Origin: Lama guanicoe
Taxonomy: Eukaryota
Length of the DNA stretch: 64,000 nt
NCBI GenBank assembly: GCA_013239625.1
Contig: MU053487.1
Location: 2,873,058-2,937,057, forward strand
Reading direction: 5' to 3'
Both the position numbers and the translations under genes were made by a program. This document shows, one piece after another, positions 25,819 through 39,500 of this stretch; the stretch's first letter is position 1, and each line of letters opens with the position of its first letter. A model generated the notes under the pieces. That model did not search any database. It was not told the DNA's origin and worked only from the letters and a program-made list of their open reading frames with translations.

Positions 25819-27296
25819 GTAAGGGGCAGGGACGGGGCACTTCCTTGGCAGCAGGCCGCTGGCCCTTCCCTCCAGCACAGACTCTGCCTGCTTCCTCTCC
25901 AGGGGTTTCCTCCACACCCCTGCCTCCCTCAGCGGTGGGGCAGCTGGCGAAGCCCTGCTTGGGCCCAGCCACCCCGGTCCACTGTCCACTGCCGTCTCCA
26001 GCGCTGCTCCAGAGGGGCTGTGGTCACATGGCCTTTCTCCTTGATCCTCCTGACAGACCTCAGTGTGACATGCTCACCATGGCCTTTGTGCTTTGTCAGG
26101 CACCATCTGGTGGGCCTCTCACTGTTCTTTTTTTCTGGGACATTCCGTGCCACTTTGAGTCCCTGAGACAACATAGGAGGAGATGCGGTTTGGGCTAGTG
26201 ATCTGTAGCCCTGGCTGTCACTCCCCTGGACACTCAAAATTTTTTGAAGAGCCCACTTAAAATTCTTCAGACATAAATGAATAATTGTGTTGCACTTCAC
26301 TTTTTTTTTAAGTTCAAGAAATTGCAGTCACTTTGGTATTCATAAGGATCCAGAAGTTCTAAGTCCGAACAATAACATGTTCTAGCATATTCGGAGATTC
26401 ATGGAGTGTTCTAGTACAGCCACCATCATAAGGAAATGCAGAGATGCAGAAGATGTGACTTTTTGAGGCAAAACTAGACTCTAAAAGACTAAGTCTACCT
26501 TTTAAAATGGAAGCTGTTTCCCTGCTGTGATTTGGAGGAAATTTCATATTCCTTTGTCCACCTCGCCCTCACCCCTAAAAAAAATGAAAGGCTAATCCTT
26601 TTATCCCGCCTATGTCATAGAATCATATCATTTGCATCTCTAAGGCTTTTTGGTCCCAGTACATAGTAGCTGTTCTGCCAACCAGTTTTGAGAACATTCT
26701 AGTAAGAAAGAATTGCTTGTTTCTTAGCAGATCACTTGAACCCATCAGCCTCGTTGAATGTACTACCTCCAAACAGTGGTGGCTCTTACATCCTTGATTC
26801 CTCAGCCTTTTTCTGGCTCTGATCCTCATTCTGTCCACATTCACTCCAGGAGAAGGGAAGCCCCAAAAGGTGGCTGCCCTTAGAAAAGCTGGCAGAACAC
26901 AGGCCAAATCACATGAGACTCCAGGTAGGGTGAGGATGCAGGAGGAACACCCTGAACCTTGGGCATCATTGCCTGTAGTAAAATATGTGGGGCACACACA
27001 CATAAATTTACTTGAAATCTTTTGAGCAACAGAAAATAGACTTAATGGAAGAACTTTAAAAGTAACCATTGTGTTATAGAATCCAGCCTACATTCCAGAT
27101 CAGACCTAAGATATGTCTTGCTAGTTTTAGTTTAAAGATTATTCTAGAAGGAAACATATATCACTATCACAGATGGATCCAGGCTCACTTACTATAAAGA
27201 GAAAATGAGTAAATGAACACAATGAAAACAAAGCAAGGTTGATTTCTAGGGGATTAAATTTTGTTAAAATTCAGTACCTGTCAAAACAATCATAGA

Positions 27297-28045
27297 TAGT
27301 TTGGTGCAGCCACTATGGAAAACAGTATGGAGATTCCTTAAAAAACTAAAAATAGAGTTACCGTATGATCCAGCAATCCCACCCCTGGGCGTATTTGCCG
27401 AAGAAGCTCTAATTCGAAAAGACACATGCACTCCAGTGTTCAGGGCAGCACTATTTACAATAGTCAAGACTTGGGAAAAACCTAAATGTCCATCCACAGA
27501 TGACTAGATAAAGAAGTTGTGGTATATATATATATATACACATACACGATGGAATACACTCAACCATAAAAAAGAATGAAATCATGCCATTTGCGGTAAC
27601 ATGAATAGACCTGGAGATTGTCATACTAAGTGAAATAAGTCAGAAAGAAAAAAACACCATATAATATCACTTATATATAGAATCTTAAAAAAAAAAAAGA
27701 TCCAAATGTACAAATGAACTTATTTACAAAACAAAGACAGACTCACAGACATGGAAAACAAACTTATGGTTACTGGGGTGGAAAGGGGATGGGAAGGGAT
27801 AAATTAGGACTTCGAGACTTACAGGTACTAGCTACTATATATAAAATAGATAAACAACAAGTTTCTGCTGTATAGCACAGGGAACTGTATTCTGTGTCTT
27901 ACAGTAACCTATAATGAAAATGAATATGAAAAGGAATATATGTATGTACATCTTAGACTGAAACTTTATGCTGTACATCAGAAATTGACACAGCATCGTA
28001 AACTGACTATACTTCAATGTAAATAAACAAACAAATAAGTAAAAG
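27297..28045 (+). mobile_element. Relatively young 5'-truncated L1: ORF2 C-terminus, 3'UTR and A-rich tail
   Basis: ORF 27301..27507 [26 protein letters not shown]...KPKCPSTDD is the L1 ORF2 C-terminus with a premature stop. Confidence 0.95.
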
Positions 28046-28829
28046 TCCTAGACCAGACAAAAGTATGAATGTTGGGTGTTGGATTGTTTTTCCAGCGTGG
28101 TAACGCCACCACCTTCCTCCCACATACAGAAATTAAGACCTGTAGCAGGACTAAACCTGGAGGTAGGCAGTCCGGGGGTGAGTCCCTGGAGAAAGCCCAA
28201 GAAGTGATCCGGCAGGGACAGGGGTCTCCCTCTCTCTGCAGCCCCGCTCGCCCCTCCCTGTCCCGTGAGGCTCCAGACCACCTGCTAAGCCTCATGACCA
28301 CACTATCTGCTTACTTTGCTAGCTGTCTGTCTCTGTCTCTCACGACCAGCCTGCCCAGTCTCTGACCTTCTGTTCTCCCAGGACTCTGGCTCGGATTTTG
28401 GCTTCTCGCCCACATCTTCTGCTTCTCACCTCACTTTGATCTTTAGAGGGTTTCATTCAGATCTCCTGCCAGTTCTGACTCTGCTGGGACAAGACTCTTG
28501 ACTTTTCCCTTCCTTTGTGTCCTCCAGCTCTGTTTCCTGTCCTGTCTCCATGCCCCACCCTCACTATAAACTGACACATCTCATGGCAACAGAAATTTCT
28601 GTCTAGGAAGAATGCCCGATGTCCACTATATTTGATGGTCCAATGTTCATTACTTTTGTGCAGTATTCGGTTCAGTTGAATCCAGTGTTGCAAAGTTAAG
28701 CCATTGTCTGGAATTAGTCATAAAGGAACTGGAATATTCAGGCATTAAATAAGTCATAGACTCTCAGCACTTGATGGAATTTAGGAATCATTTTGTCCAC
28801 CTTCTTTTTATTGACATTCAAGGAAAAAA

Positions 28830-29045
28830 CTCTTGTAATAACCTACAGTGAAAAAGAATATGAAAAAGAATATGTGTATATATTTTTATATATATATACA
28901 TACTTATGTGTATGTATATATATATGGCTGAATCACTATGCTGTATACCAGAAACTAACACAACATTGTAGATCAACTATACTTCAATTTTAAAAGAAGA
29001 AACACACACACAAAAAAATAAAATAAAATAAAAGAAGAAAAACAC
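28830..29045 (+). mobile_element. L1 3' end fragment inserted in a MIR
   Basis: cttgtaataacctacagtgaaaaagaatatg...ccagaaactaacacaacattgtagatcaactatacttca plus A tail; MIR motif cttgcccgagatcacatag follows. Confidence 0.88.
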
Positions 29046-29144
29046 AAAGAGACTGTATGTCTTGCCCGAGATCACATAGTCAGTTTGTGGTAGAGCCTGG
29101 CTTGTATGCCTGATGTGTATATGGTGAAAACCATTTGCTCAGGG

Positions 29145-29645
29145 CAGTGTCCCCACATCACAGGATGCTCACTGCCGGGAGTACCTGAGATGATTTTATG
29201 TGGTATAATCTGAAGTGGTGCGTGGATGCAGAACTAAACATTGCCTCTAAGAGTGAGGAAGTTACTGCCTTTTCAACACTCTTTCAGTCCTAACCACGTG
29301 TGGGAGAAAATCTCTGGTGTGCTAGCATATCTGTAATACCTCCCTACCACTTGTTAATCTCTTTTATCCAAATAGAGTAGACCTTAGCCACAGAGCCTTC
29401 AGCAGGCAACAGAGTTCAACCCTGCTTTGTTTTCATTATGTTTATTTTTATGATTACCTCTTTATGGCCATCTGTAATGGTAGATTCCCATCTGTAATAG
29501 TGATATAAGTTTTCTCTTTTAAAACAGTTTCTAAACCGAAACTGTGAGGCAATAAAAATACAAAGTACATATCACAGGTTATGTCATAAGCAGATGTGGC
29601 AAAAATTGGGAAGATGGTGTGTGGGTGAAATTTAGGAAGTCCTGG
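29145..29645. mobile_element. Probable hAT-Charlie DNA transposon remnant
   Basis: cagtgtcccc...gagatgattttatgtggta start and aaatttaggaagtcctg end; family uncertain. Confidence 0.4.
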
Positions 29646-29890
29646 CTTCAGAGTTCAAGCATATTGCTTCCTAATGAGAACCTCAGTTGCTGAAAAAGAC
29701 AGTGTGCCTCTCACCAGAGTATGCTCTGGGCCAGATTTTATTGTATGTCTGGCCTGACCATCAGAAAGATGTGCATCAGAAATAAAGCTTGTCGTGCAGA
29801 TGAGCATCCAGAGGTCGTAAACGGCAGAAGAGTTTAGCGTTTGAGTTTGGAATGCTTGCTGTTGCCAAATGTCACTTTCTTTTCCCTTAG

Positions 29891-29970
29891 TATGAATTCA
29901 GCGTGATCTTTGATACGAGCCACCTGTCTGGGGAAGAGGAAGTTCTTAGCTTCATTGTTACTGCTCAGAG
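29891..29970 (+). CDS. ITGA9: Integrin alpha-9 coding exon (probably exon 20), YEFSVIFDTSHLSGEEEVLSFIVTAQ(S)
   Basis: Acceptor ctttcttttcccttag|TAT, donor AG|gtaagg; 80 nt, phase 0-2; absent from the ORF track but in frame with both neighbours. Confidence 0.96.
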
Positions 29971-30719
29971 GTAAGGGGAACTTAAATCTTTTTGAAAGGT
30001 GAAAGATGTATGGGACCAGGAAAGGTCATGCCCTGGTCATGCTTTGATGATGGTGCCTGGGATGCCGGGGAGGAAGAAGTAGCTCAGGGATGAAGCCCCA
30101 AACCATTGGGTAAACTCAGGTCTCTCGGGGGTGGTGCTTGTCTAGTGCTGCTCGTGCAGACACCAGGTCAGACGGAGCTGGGAAGGCCTGGGGATCATCC
30201 AGATGAAGGTAATGATTCTACAGTTGAGTAGAGACAGGCCAGGAGAGGTAAGAATTCCAGCCCACACTCATGTGGTTGGTTAGCTCACACACATCCTCTG
30301 TGGGTTGTTGGACAGGGTCAGTGGTTTTTCATGGATGGGCCACCACATCCCTTGATGTGGGGTGGGGGCACCTGCAGCCCAAGGGCCGGTCAAGCCTGTT
30401 GGTAGAGGCCCCGAGGAGATAATCCTCAGGAGAGGGCTTATCCGAAGAGTGAAATGGACAGGTAGTCAGGGTGGGAGACAGTGTGATGGCGATGTCTTCT
30501 CTCAGGACTGTGTTCCTGCCTCTCTCCACATAGCCAAGGGTGCTTGAGAGCGACTTTGGGACTGTGAGCTACCTCCACAAGCCAGAATCCACACGTGCCT
30601 TGAAGTCTCATCTGGGTAGCACTTGGCTGATAGCTGGGATGGAAGGAGTGGTATTTAGGTGGCTGGATAGGGAGATAACAAGCTTTGATTGGGATGTAGG
30701 TTGGATACCCAAGGCAACC

Positions 30720-31150
30720 TTTTTATTTGAATTTTTATTTGGAAATGCTTTTAAACTTAAGAGAAATGTGGCAAAGAATGGCACAGGGAGCCCCCATACA
30801 CCCTTTCCCCCAGATTCACCCAATCTGTACACTCCTCCTCATTTTTTATTGCGCTCCTTCTGTGTATGTTTTTTTTCTTTAACTAGCTGAAAGTAAATTG
30901 CAGAAATCCTGCCTCTTTACCATAAGTACCCCAGAGTGCATTGCCTAAGAATGAGGCCATTCTCTTAAATAACCACAGTATAGTTATCAAATTCAGGAAA
31001 TTTAACAGTGATACAGCATGATTATCTCATCCATGTTCCTCTTGTGCCACTTGTCCCCAAAATGACGTTATAGCCACTTTTTCACTGGTCCAGAGTCTGA
31101 TCAAGGATCAGGCATTCAGTTATCATGTCTTATCTCTAGTTGCCTTAACC
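30720..31150 (-). mobile_element. Old L1 (L1MC/MD-like) 3' end
   Basis: tttttatttggaaatgcttttaaacttaagag...cccagattcacc...cattctcttaaataaccacagtatagttatcaaattcaggaaatttaac. Confidence 0.75.
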
Positions 31151-31879
31151 TCCCAGCTAGACTTTCATGCCAGGAGTCCTTAGACCATCCCAGAGGTGGT
31201 CTGGAGATCTGAACCAAACACCCTGAAGGCCAAGGTCAGGCAAGATCCACAGAAAAAGATGAGAAAAGAAAATCGGGAACCACATGGCTAATGAAAGCCG
31301 GGAAGATGGAAGGCCAGACACTGGGTGAGCAGACGATGAGACCAGAGGCTGAAAGCCAACCAGGGAAAGGGCACCAGGCAGCGACAGGGTTAGCACGTGG
31401 TCCAGCCTGGAGGCCCGCAGGGTTGGGGCACTGAGTGAGGCAACGGGCTAAGCATTGTGAAACTGAGGTCCCCCACCCACATGGTCATCTCACAAGTGAG
31501 GGAGCTCAACTGGAGCCTTCCTCCGAGGAGGACAGTGCCCCCCGGACACTGAGAAAAGCTCCCAGTCCCATGTTCCAAGTTACAGAGAAGGTCATATCCC
31601 TGACCCTTCCGATGAGCCCAGTCGTGCAGGATAACGGGCACACCAGCTTAGCCGTGCGTCTGACCCCCAGGTGGAGCAAGGGGTCCTGCTCTGGACCACT
31701 CTGCTCAATCCTGTGCACGTCCATCAAGGTTAGAGCACCAGGCAGGAGCCGAGAGGGAGCAGAGATGAGAGAGAGTCTTCCATCTCAAACCGTGTCAACA
31801 TGGGGTTGGTGCAGAGACGGAGGCAGACTCAGCCCAGCCCAGAGGAGGACAGCAGACCCAGCGCAGGGCAGGCACGTGT

Positions 31880-32055
31880 CACTCACTCGTTCTACAAACG
31901 TGTGTAGGAGCACCTGCTGCAACCAGGCAGTGTATGAGACGAGGGGAGATACAGCAGGGACCCAAGTTGGTAAAATCCCTACTCTGGGGGCTAGCGTGCT
32001 GGTGTCAGGGGGACAGATAGTGGATGAATGAACAGAGAGCGTCAGAGGGAGATGG
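31880..32055 (-). mobile_element. L2 3' fragment
   Basis: cactcactcgttctacaaacgtgtgtaggagcacctgctg...ccaggcagtgt. Confidence 0.55.
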
Positions 32056-34630
32056 GAGCGGAATAATTCACCAAGCAAGCACGGCATATTGGCTATTCTA
32101 AGCCCACTTGGCGGGGTTTGTTCTTTTAGTCCTTGGAGGCGATCTGGGACAGTCTGTACGTTCTCAAGTCATTCTTAGTTAATGCAAAGTCCTCCGGTTT
32201 CTTCAAGGCTCAAAGCAATTCACAAATCTGTAATTAAAGTCTCATGAAATAATCAGAACTTGATTCACAGTTAAGATTTCCTCCCTTCCGCCAGGGCAAG
32301 CCTGCAGGAGGGAAGCCTGCCTCTGGGGATGTTCTGACTTTCCTCCAGTGGTGTTTCTGCCGGCCCTCCCCCTTTTCCTAAGAGCCTGTTTCTGAGCTCC
32401 CCCACCCCACCGCCAAGGTTCACAGCAGAGATCGTGAGAGGTCGAAGTGAAATAGGAAAGGTCTTACCTAACAGGTACTACTGGGGCACTCACAGGGCAG
32501 AGCGAGTATCCAGAGCTGCTCTTTCCCTTTGAGAACCACCCCAGTGCTGGGGATTCTCTTCTGTGCTTTCTCCCTCATCACATCCTCCAAGGTCAGCCTC
32601 AGGCAAACAAAGATGCCTTCAGCTTCTGCCGCCGAGACTGTGCCCTGGAACAGGACCAAAAGTGACCCCACACTGGCTCCAGCGTATAGATTACACTCAG
32701 CAGTCTTTGTCCTGACAGTCTCTGGAAATGCAAGTGATCCTTGTGGGGTCAGGATGGGGAAAGCCAGCAGCCCCTTCCCCTTAGGTTTCCTGGGCCTGCA
32801 TCTGACTCTTCTGATCAGGGTTCCCTGAAGCTTGACTTAAAAAAGCAGACACCCTCCCCCACTACAAACCATTTTCTCCAAAATCCATCTCCGGGAACCC
32901 TCTTTACTCAACTCTGTTACATCGTTGACGTTCTATCTTGGATTTTTGCCACCAGACGTACTAAATCCTGGTTTAGTGCTTTCTTCTGGATTTTGGCATC
33001 TATTATGCCTCAGCCAAAACTTGCATTTTAACATCCTGTCATCCTCACCCCAGCCTGAGTGATTTTTGAATTTTCTCAAAAACAGCAGTTATGCAAAAGT
33101 TAGACTAAGGTTTTTCCCAAGTCCTGAATCCTTCAACATCATCCTCAGTTCATTCTTGTCTCTCATCAGTGGCTTTATCCTCAAAGCCTGGAGTCACTGG
33201 GCATTTGGGAAGCTCAGGTCAGGCCCCAACAAATATAACCTGACAGTGGACAGCCACAGTACTGGTGGGGTGCACACACAACAAGGCTTTATTTTATCTT
33301 ATTTTTTCATTTGGAGGCCTTCCTCAGTCTCAGCGTCATTTAAAACTCACAGAATTAAGATTAATTTTCCCTTGGGAACCACCGTGCAGCTGGAAGCATT
33401 CATTTTCAGAGCCCCTCAATCCACAAGCACCGTAGCATATTTTTGCTTCTGATGCTGCTTTCTCTATTTTTCTTTTAAAACGTTTTCTTTGATATTTTAG
33501 TGAACATTCTTTCTCCTAAAAATGAGAGCACAGCCCATCACAGTGGTTGTTGGACCTTCTTTACCAGGTGTTGTCCTATCCAGCTTCTGCAGAAGCGATG
33601 ACTTTCTGGCCTTCAGTTGGACTTACTGAACAAACACTGATTGTATGCTACATATTGCGAGAGACTATGCAAAACAGATGTAAATAAGAATAGCAGTGAA
33701 TGTTAAAATACCGCCCTGCAGTCCCCCAAATCCTGCAGAACCTTCCAGGGCAGCACAGCTCCCACTGTCAGGGCAGCACTGCCACGGGTGAGAGCATTTC
33801 AACATAGGTTACCGTTGAAATCATGGCTTTGAAATCATGCAAGACATGGTTATTTTTTTGTTCACACTATTTCCAAGGTCACATAACTCATGTTTGCATA
33901 AAACGTGGCTCTGATGTAATGGAAACACGTGCAAAGCATAGAGAAGGTAGACTTCATTCCCACTGTTACAATCCAGATGGGCTTCACTGGGGAGGTGGCA
34001 TTTAAGCAGAGGAGTCTCTTTTCAGGCTGCAGCAGCACAGGCACAGCGGTGCAGATGTGCATGGGACAGCCTGCTCTGTCACACCCACGTGGGTGGTAGG
34101 CGTTGGAGCCCACTGGAGATTCCTGAGCCATCTCCAAGGAAAGGCAGGAACATACAAGGGCAGTGGAAGATGGGGCAGAAAGAGGAGATTGGGCTGGGCT
34201 GTGGAGGGCCCAGAAAGTCTCAACTGTGTTCTGAAGTCAGTTGAGCCACTGCAGGTTTTTGAAGAGGGTAGCGAGGCAATGCAACAGCTTGCCCACAGAG
34301 CACAAGACTGCTGGGTTTTATAAAGAGGGACAGACCCCCATTCAAACCTGAAAATTCTCATTCTCCTGCTGTTCTCTGGCATCCACAGAAACCTGCCGTT
34401 GTTGGGCAGAGCCATCAACGTGCTATCTGGGTCCCTCAACACTTGGGGCAGTTGATATTCCTGGGAAGGAACATTTGGGCAGGAAATATGACCTGGAAGA
34501 GACTTCCCTTGTCAAAAAGAGGAAACTCCACCCACCTCCCAGCCTCACTCAGGCTAATCAGAGGTGTCAGAGAAGGGGCGCCAACAACACGCTGATGGAA
34601 ACTCCATCTACCAGAACCACATTCCATAGA

Positions 34631-34785
34631 TCAGTGGTGTTCTGGTCTCAGGTGCCCACTGGAGTCACCTGGGAGCTTTAAAACCTTCTGATGCCTGGTC
34701 CACCCTGTGGGGATTCTCATCTGCTTTGTCTGGGGTGCAGTCTGGGCACTGGGATTTTTAAAAGACTCATCAAGTGATTACTCTC
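34631..34785. mobile_element. MER5-family MITE
   Basis: cagtggtgttct...gagtcacctgggagctttaaaa...gtctggggtgcagtctgggcactgggatttttaaaa. Confidence 0.7.
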
Positions 34786-34944
34786 TGTAATCCCTTACTC
34801 TATACTGGGCACATTTTCACTCAACACACATCTATCGAGCATCTGCTATTTACCAGATGCAGTGCTGAGCATATAGGAAAATGCTAATAACTTAATAAGT
34901 TTAGGAACATCCCCTTATGTACATTAATATTTCTGTATATCATT

Positions 34945-35120
34945 AGGCACTTGGAACTATATTCAATACCTATCAAAGGCTGTAATGAAAAAGAATACAT
35001 ATATATATATATATATATATAAAAAACTGAATCACTATACTATACGCCAGAAATTAACACAACATTGTAAATTCAACTGTTATTCAATTTTTTAAAAATT
35101 AAGAAATAAAAAATAAAATA
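34945..35120 (+). mobile_element. L1 3' end fragment with internal (TA)n
   Basis: ggaactatattcaatac...ctgaatcactatactatacgccagaaattaacacaacattgtaaa plus A-rich tail. Confidence 0.85.
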
Positions 35121-36360
35121 TGTTACATAGCTTTAGGGAAGACCTCGTATTGGTAGCTTAAATAATTAAATATCAGAATCTTCTAGTTCCTTGAATCACA
35201 GATGTTAAGGAAGCTATATTATCTGTTAAACATGCAGCAGAATATTTCCGACACTCGATTCTTTCCAGACTTTGGTGAAAAAATCTGGTCTTACCGCCCC
35301 AGAGGGCACCCACAGCACTTGACTCCCTGATGTGACAGAAGGCTCCTTATCTTGAAAGCAACAATGAAGTCATCAGTCATTCTTTCTTCCCATCACCACC
35401 CTTTGAAAGTCTCTTGCCTACTTGTGGATTTAGGAGGACAGAGAGTTGAGACTAAACAGTTTCTCAAGAGCCCCCGTCTCTGCAGCCAGGCTTTGCAGAC
35501 CCTGGGAAGCGCCCCAAGTCACGAGCTCACAGGATAACTAGAAGCCTTTTGATGTTCAGCCTCTTTATCTCAACTTTTCAGCTGAGTTCAGTCTGGAGCA
35601 GTCACCCGATGACAGATGAGACTGTTGGGCCTGAGCTGCCAGCAGCCACAGGTGGCTGGACAAATGGCCTGACGAGGGGTGGCGCTTGCATCAGGAACCC
35701 ATTACTCAGACCTGGCGGGATGCTGGGTTGGGGGAGGGAGCAGGCCCGGGCGTTGCCACCACCACCCCTGCCCCCCATCCATCGGGAGTCACCTCTGGCC
35801 TGCCCGCAGCAGTGATTGTACAGCTTTCGTTGCTCCCCTGGGAAAGGAAGGGCTGGGTAGGGGCACACCTGATCCTGCTGCTTCTGCAAACTGTGATGGA
35901 TGTCACCCCATGTGCGGAAGACAGATGAGGAGTCGGGTCAGAGTCACAAAGCACCATTGTTTCAGAACAATGGGAGAGAGGAGGAGAGGGGATGTGAGCC
36001 TGTTTAAGTATTGTTGCATTCAGCACTCTCTGGTGGGGAGAGGAAGGCGGTGGGGGTAAAGGGAGGGCAGAGAGCAGGCAGGAACTCCGCACAGGTCCGG
36101 GGAATGATGTGGTGGGAGTGTCCGAGTGAGCTGTGTCCAGACCTCAGCGGGTCCTGGGGACCCTTGGGTTCCATCCCTGGAGGGTGAACTTAGCTTTCAG
36201 CTGGGACCCCATGTTCGCTCCGTGTGGTAGAACCAAGGGTAGGTGCTGGGTTCAGCAATGTGTACCCAATAGCCATGCTTTTTCCCAAGGATGTTGCTTC
36301 CCTGGAATAATAATCACAATTCATATTTGGAATTTAATTAAGTAATATAGGAAAACTAGG

Positions 36361-36424
36361 TCTTCTCTCCCCTCCTCTTCCTTCTCCTCCCTTCTTCTCT
36401 TCCTTCTCCTCACTCCTCACCCCC
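36361..36424. repeat. Homopyrimidine (CT-rich) low-complexity tract
   Basis: Read directly. Confidence 0.8.
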
Positions 36425-37261
36425 GTCGCCCCCAGATCTGGTACCAGGAGAAGGCATCACAGTGGAAAAGCACTGATTTTTGGAGACTGACCAAAATGAC
36501 CTCTCAAGAATCCCCAATCTGTGCTTCCTCACCCTAAGTATGTGAGCGTGCTGGAGCCAGAAGTTCCAGCAGGAGCTCCCATGATATTTATTGGGATGAG
36601 GTTGGCCAGGGGCCTCTCTTCTGGGCTTGGGTGTCCGTGGATGATGGGTGATGCCTTCAGATGGGAAACAGCAAACCCCTTCCGGCTGCAGTGCCACAAC
36701 CTTGCTGGCCCATTATTCATGGAACAAGCCTTTAGAAGCACCTTTCGCTGGTGGTGCCCACCCAGACCCCTCGGCACTCGCCTTTCCCACGCACCACACT
36801 GGGCAGCTCCCAGCTCCCAGCACCTGCCCCTCAGCCTGAGGCTTTTGCTGCCCAGAGGCCACTCACCTGTGTGCATGGGGCAGGTGCCAGAGAATTCATG
36901 CCCCCTACCGCCCCAGCAGTTCTCAAGAGTCAGTGGATCAGCTCCCATGGCCTCAGTTGGGGAGACTGGAGTGTGTGTGTCACAGCCTCCCAGAGTTCCC
37001 CAGCCAGACTGAGCTCCATTGCCCACAGCGCTGACCCACTGGCAGCTCCTGGGGTCATCTCCCCCAAACACTGCCTACACTCACATCTTTGTGAGGGGAA
37101 CACAACTGAGACCCTAGAGGGCCCACTGTGATGCTGTACAGGGACCAAAAACGGAACTGAGGGTAAGAAGGTGCAGAACAGACAGCTGGAGCTGTAATGT
37201 GGAGGGAAGATGCCCGCTGAGGACTGGCTGTGCTGACCAGCACTCTCTCCTCTCTCGACAG

Positions 37262-37351
37262 CGGCAACGTGGAGCGCTCAGAATCCCTGCACGATAACAC
37301 CCTCATGCTGACTGTGCCGCTGATGCACGAGGTGGACACATCCATCACTGG
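37262..37351 (+). CDS. ITGA9: Integrin alpha-9 coding exon (probably exon 21), (S)GNVERSESLHDNTLMLTVPLMHEVDTSIT(G)
   Basis: Acceptor ctctcctctctcgacag|C, donor GG|gtaagt; 90 nt, phase 2-2; AG+C completes the Ser codon; integrin-alpha DN motif. Confidence 0.96.
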
Positions 37352-38623
37352 GTAAGTAGTCAGGACACAGAGCTGCCCAGAGCCGAACACTCTCTCTTGC
37401 ATTTGCCCGTGTAGCCAGGAGCCAGTGGCCCTGCCACTTCCATTTCTGCCCAGCTCTGAATGACAGGATGAAGCTTTAGCTGCAGTGACTCGTGCCCTCC
37501 TTCCTCCTAATTTTCTCCTCTTTCCCAGCTACCCACCCACCTGGTAGGCAACACAAGAAGTGTGATGAAAGTTTAAGCCCCCTAATTTCTATGAACATTC
37601 CGTGTGCCTTTACCCACGTCTCTTCCCAGCGCCTACCCTTCCAGAGTGCTGTGTGGTAGCAGGCAGCCTGATTCCTGGGATTAAAATCTTAGCCAAAAGC
37701 TGCTGACCCAGAGATTACAGCCAGATGTGTCCCAGTGCCCTGACTAGCCCCCAGGAAGGCAGGCTGCTTTGTGACTAGCCTCCTGGTCAGTGCCGGCTCT
37801 GCAGGTTTCCCTTAACCCTTCTGCAGAGCCAGGGGGCGGGGGGCCATCACAGTGGGCATATCATCTGCCCAAGTGAAGTCCACGGCCTGTCAGTGCTGCT
37901 GGCGTTGTTGGAAAAGCAAGGCTGCAGGCTGCAGGCTGCGGGGGACCCAAAACAACCCCGGGCAGTTTTCAGCCCAAGCCCAGGCCTGGAAAAATGAGAA
38001 GTCAGTTCCTGTTTCCGGCTTCAGAAAACAGAGCACATACCTCTTTGATAGTGGAAAAAGGATTTGCACAATGAGTTTAGATCAAATGAGGACCCGTTGA
38101 ACCCTGGCCCCACACGCAAGCTTGAACTTTTCGGGGGTTCAGAGTTTCTCATTTTTCACTTTTCAAGTGCTTCTGGGTCCTGGCCTTGGCTGGAAGTAGA
38201 AAAGTTAATACGTTGCAGAAGGAGGCATCCCTGCAAAGCTCCCACTCTGCTGGGTGTCGGGGAGTGAGTCTCTGGGTGGGTGTGCCTGCGCCTTTGGCAT
38301 TTTTCATCACATTTTTAGACGTGAGGCATCAGTGGAATATATTTGCAAATGAACACAGATTTGCCTCTGTTCGTGGCTCTATTTTTAACCCTCTAGTTTA
38401 TTTACTTGTCTCCTCAGAGGCACGGAGAATATTCCCAGGATCAGACCCCGTCCTTGGGGACAAAAGAGCAAACACTGACTCACTTGATCCTGTTGTCAGG
38501 CCCTGGGAGGCCTGGCTGTGAGGTGTTAACAGCCCCTGATGAAGCCATCAGTTAAACAAATGCGCCAACCTCTGTTCTTTCTGGGAACATGAAACAGGGC
38601 ACCTTTAAATGAAGCAGCTCTTG

Positions 38624-38749
38624 GCGGGCAGGGAGGGTGTAGTGCAGTGGTAGAGGGTGTGCTTAGCTTGCACGAGGTCCTGGGTTCAATCCACAGTACC
38701 TCCAATAAATAATCCGGCCCCCCTCCCCCAAAAAAAAGAAACGAAAAAA
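38624..38749 (+). mobile_element. tRNA-Ala-derived SINE (camelid Vic-1-like)
   Basis: gggagggtgtagtgcagtggtagag...gcttagcttgcacgaggtcctgggttcaatcc; TSD aaatgaagcagctcttg / aagtgaaccagctcttg. Confidence 0.9.
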
Positions 38750-39409
38750 AAGTGAACCAGCTCTTGCCATTTGGTAATACTGGGAACTCACTAAATTTCT
38801 AAACAAATACACTTAAGTTGAAAATAAGTGAATTGCTGTGCATTCAGATTTGGTACCAAAAATCTTATGTGATTGTGTTTAGGCAGGTGAGTAGCATCTA
38901 GAGTCCATGATTTGTCCCAGAATTTAAGTGATCCTGGGCTTTGTCTCATCTTGGGGTTTGCTGATACAGGCAGCACTGAAAGCATGGCTATAAACCAAGC
39001 TGGAATTCTTAACCTCGTCTTACGTAGCCACTGTTTGAAATCTGAAGAAAAAGGCTATCATTGAGTGGACTTAACTTTTAATACCTAATTCTAGTAGTTA
39101 TTGAGAGTCTGAAAATCTTTAATTTTTTTTAATGAATTTGTCACAGAGTGGAGTTTAGGGGCCACATAAGTAATTCATGCATATTTATTTCTTAAAAGCT
39201 TGTCATAATCTTCCTTGATCCACAAAATGTTTTTCAAATAACAAAACAGAACTTGTGTCATTTAATAATCCAACTGAAATCAAAATTACCATAATCTTCT
39301 TCCTCATTTTAGAGATGTAATTCTGGAAAATATTTGTACATGTAGCTTATTGGTTTGACCTAGGTGACAAGACATTACTGGAAATGTCTGTTTAGAAAGC
39401 ACAGGTGTT

Positions 39410-39500
39410 GGGTGGAGGGTATAGCTCAGGTGATAGAGCATATACTTATATGTGCAGGGTTCTGGGTTCAATTCCCAGTACATCCATTGAAAAAAAAATG
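39410..39500 (+). mobile_element. tRNA-Ala-derived SINE (Vic-1-like), more diverged copy
   Basis: ggagggtatagctcaggtgatagagc...ctgggttcaattcccagtacatcca plus A tail. Confidence 0.88.

Noticed and set aside
27301..27507. 68-aa ORF as a gene
   Set aside because: L1 ORF2 C-terminal fragment, 5'-truncated with a premature stop
31435..32031. 198-aa plus-strand ORF
   Set aside because: Runs through repeat-derived sequence, non-ATG start, not integrin-like
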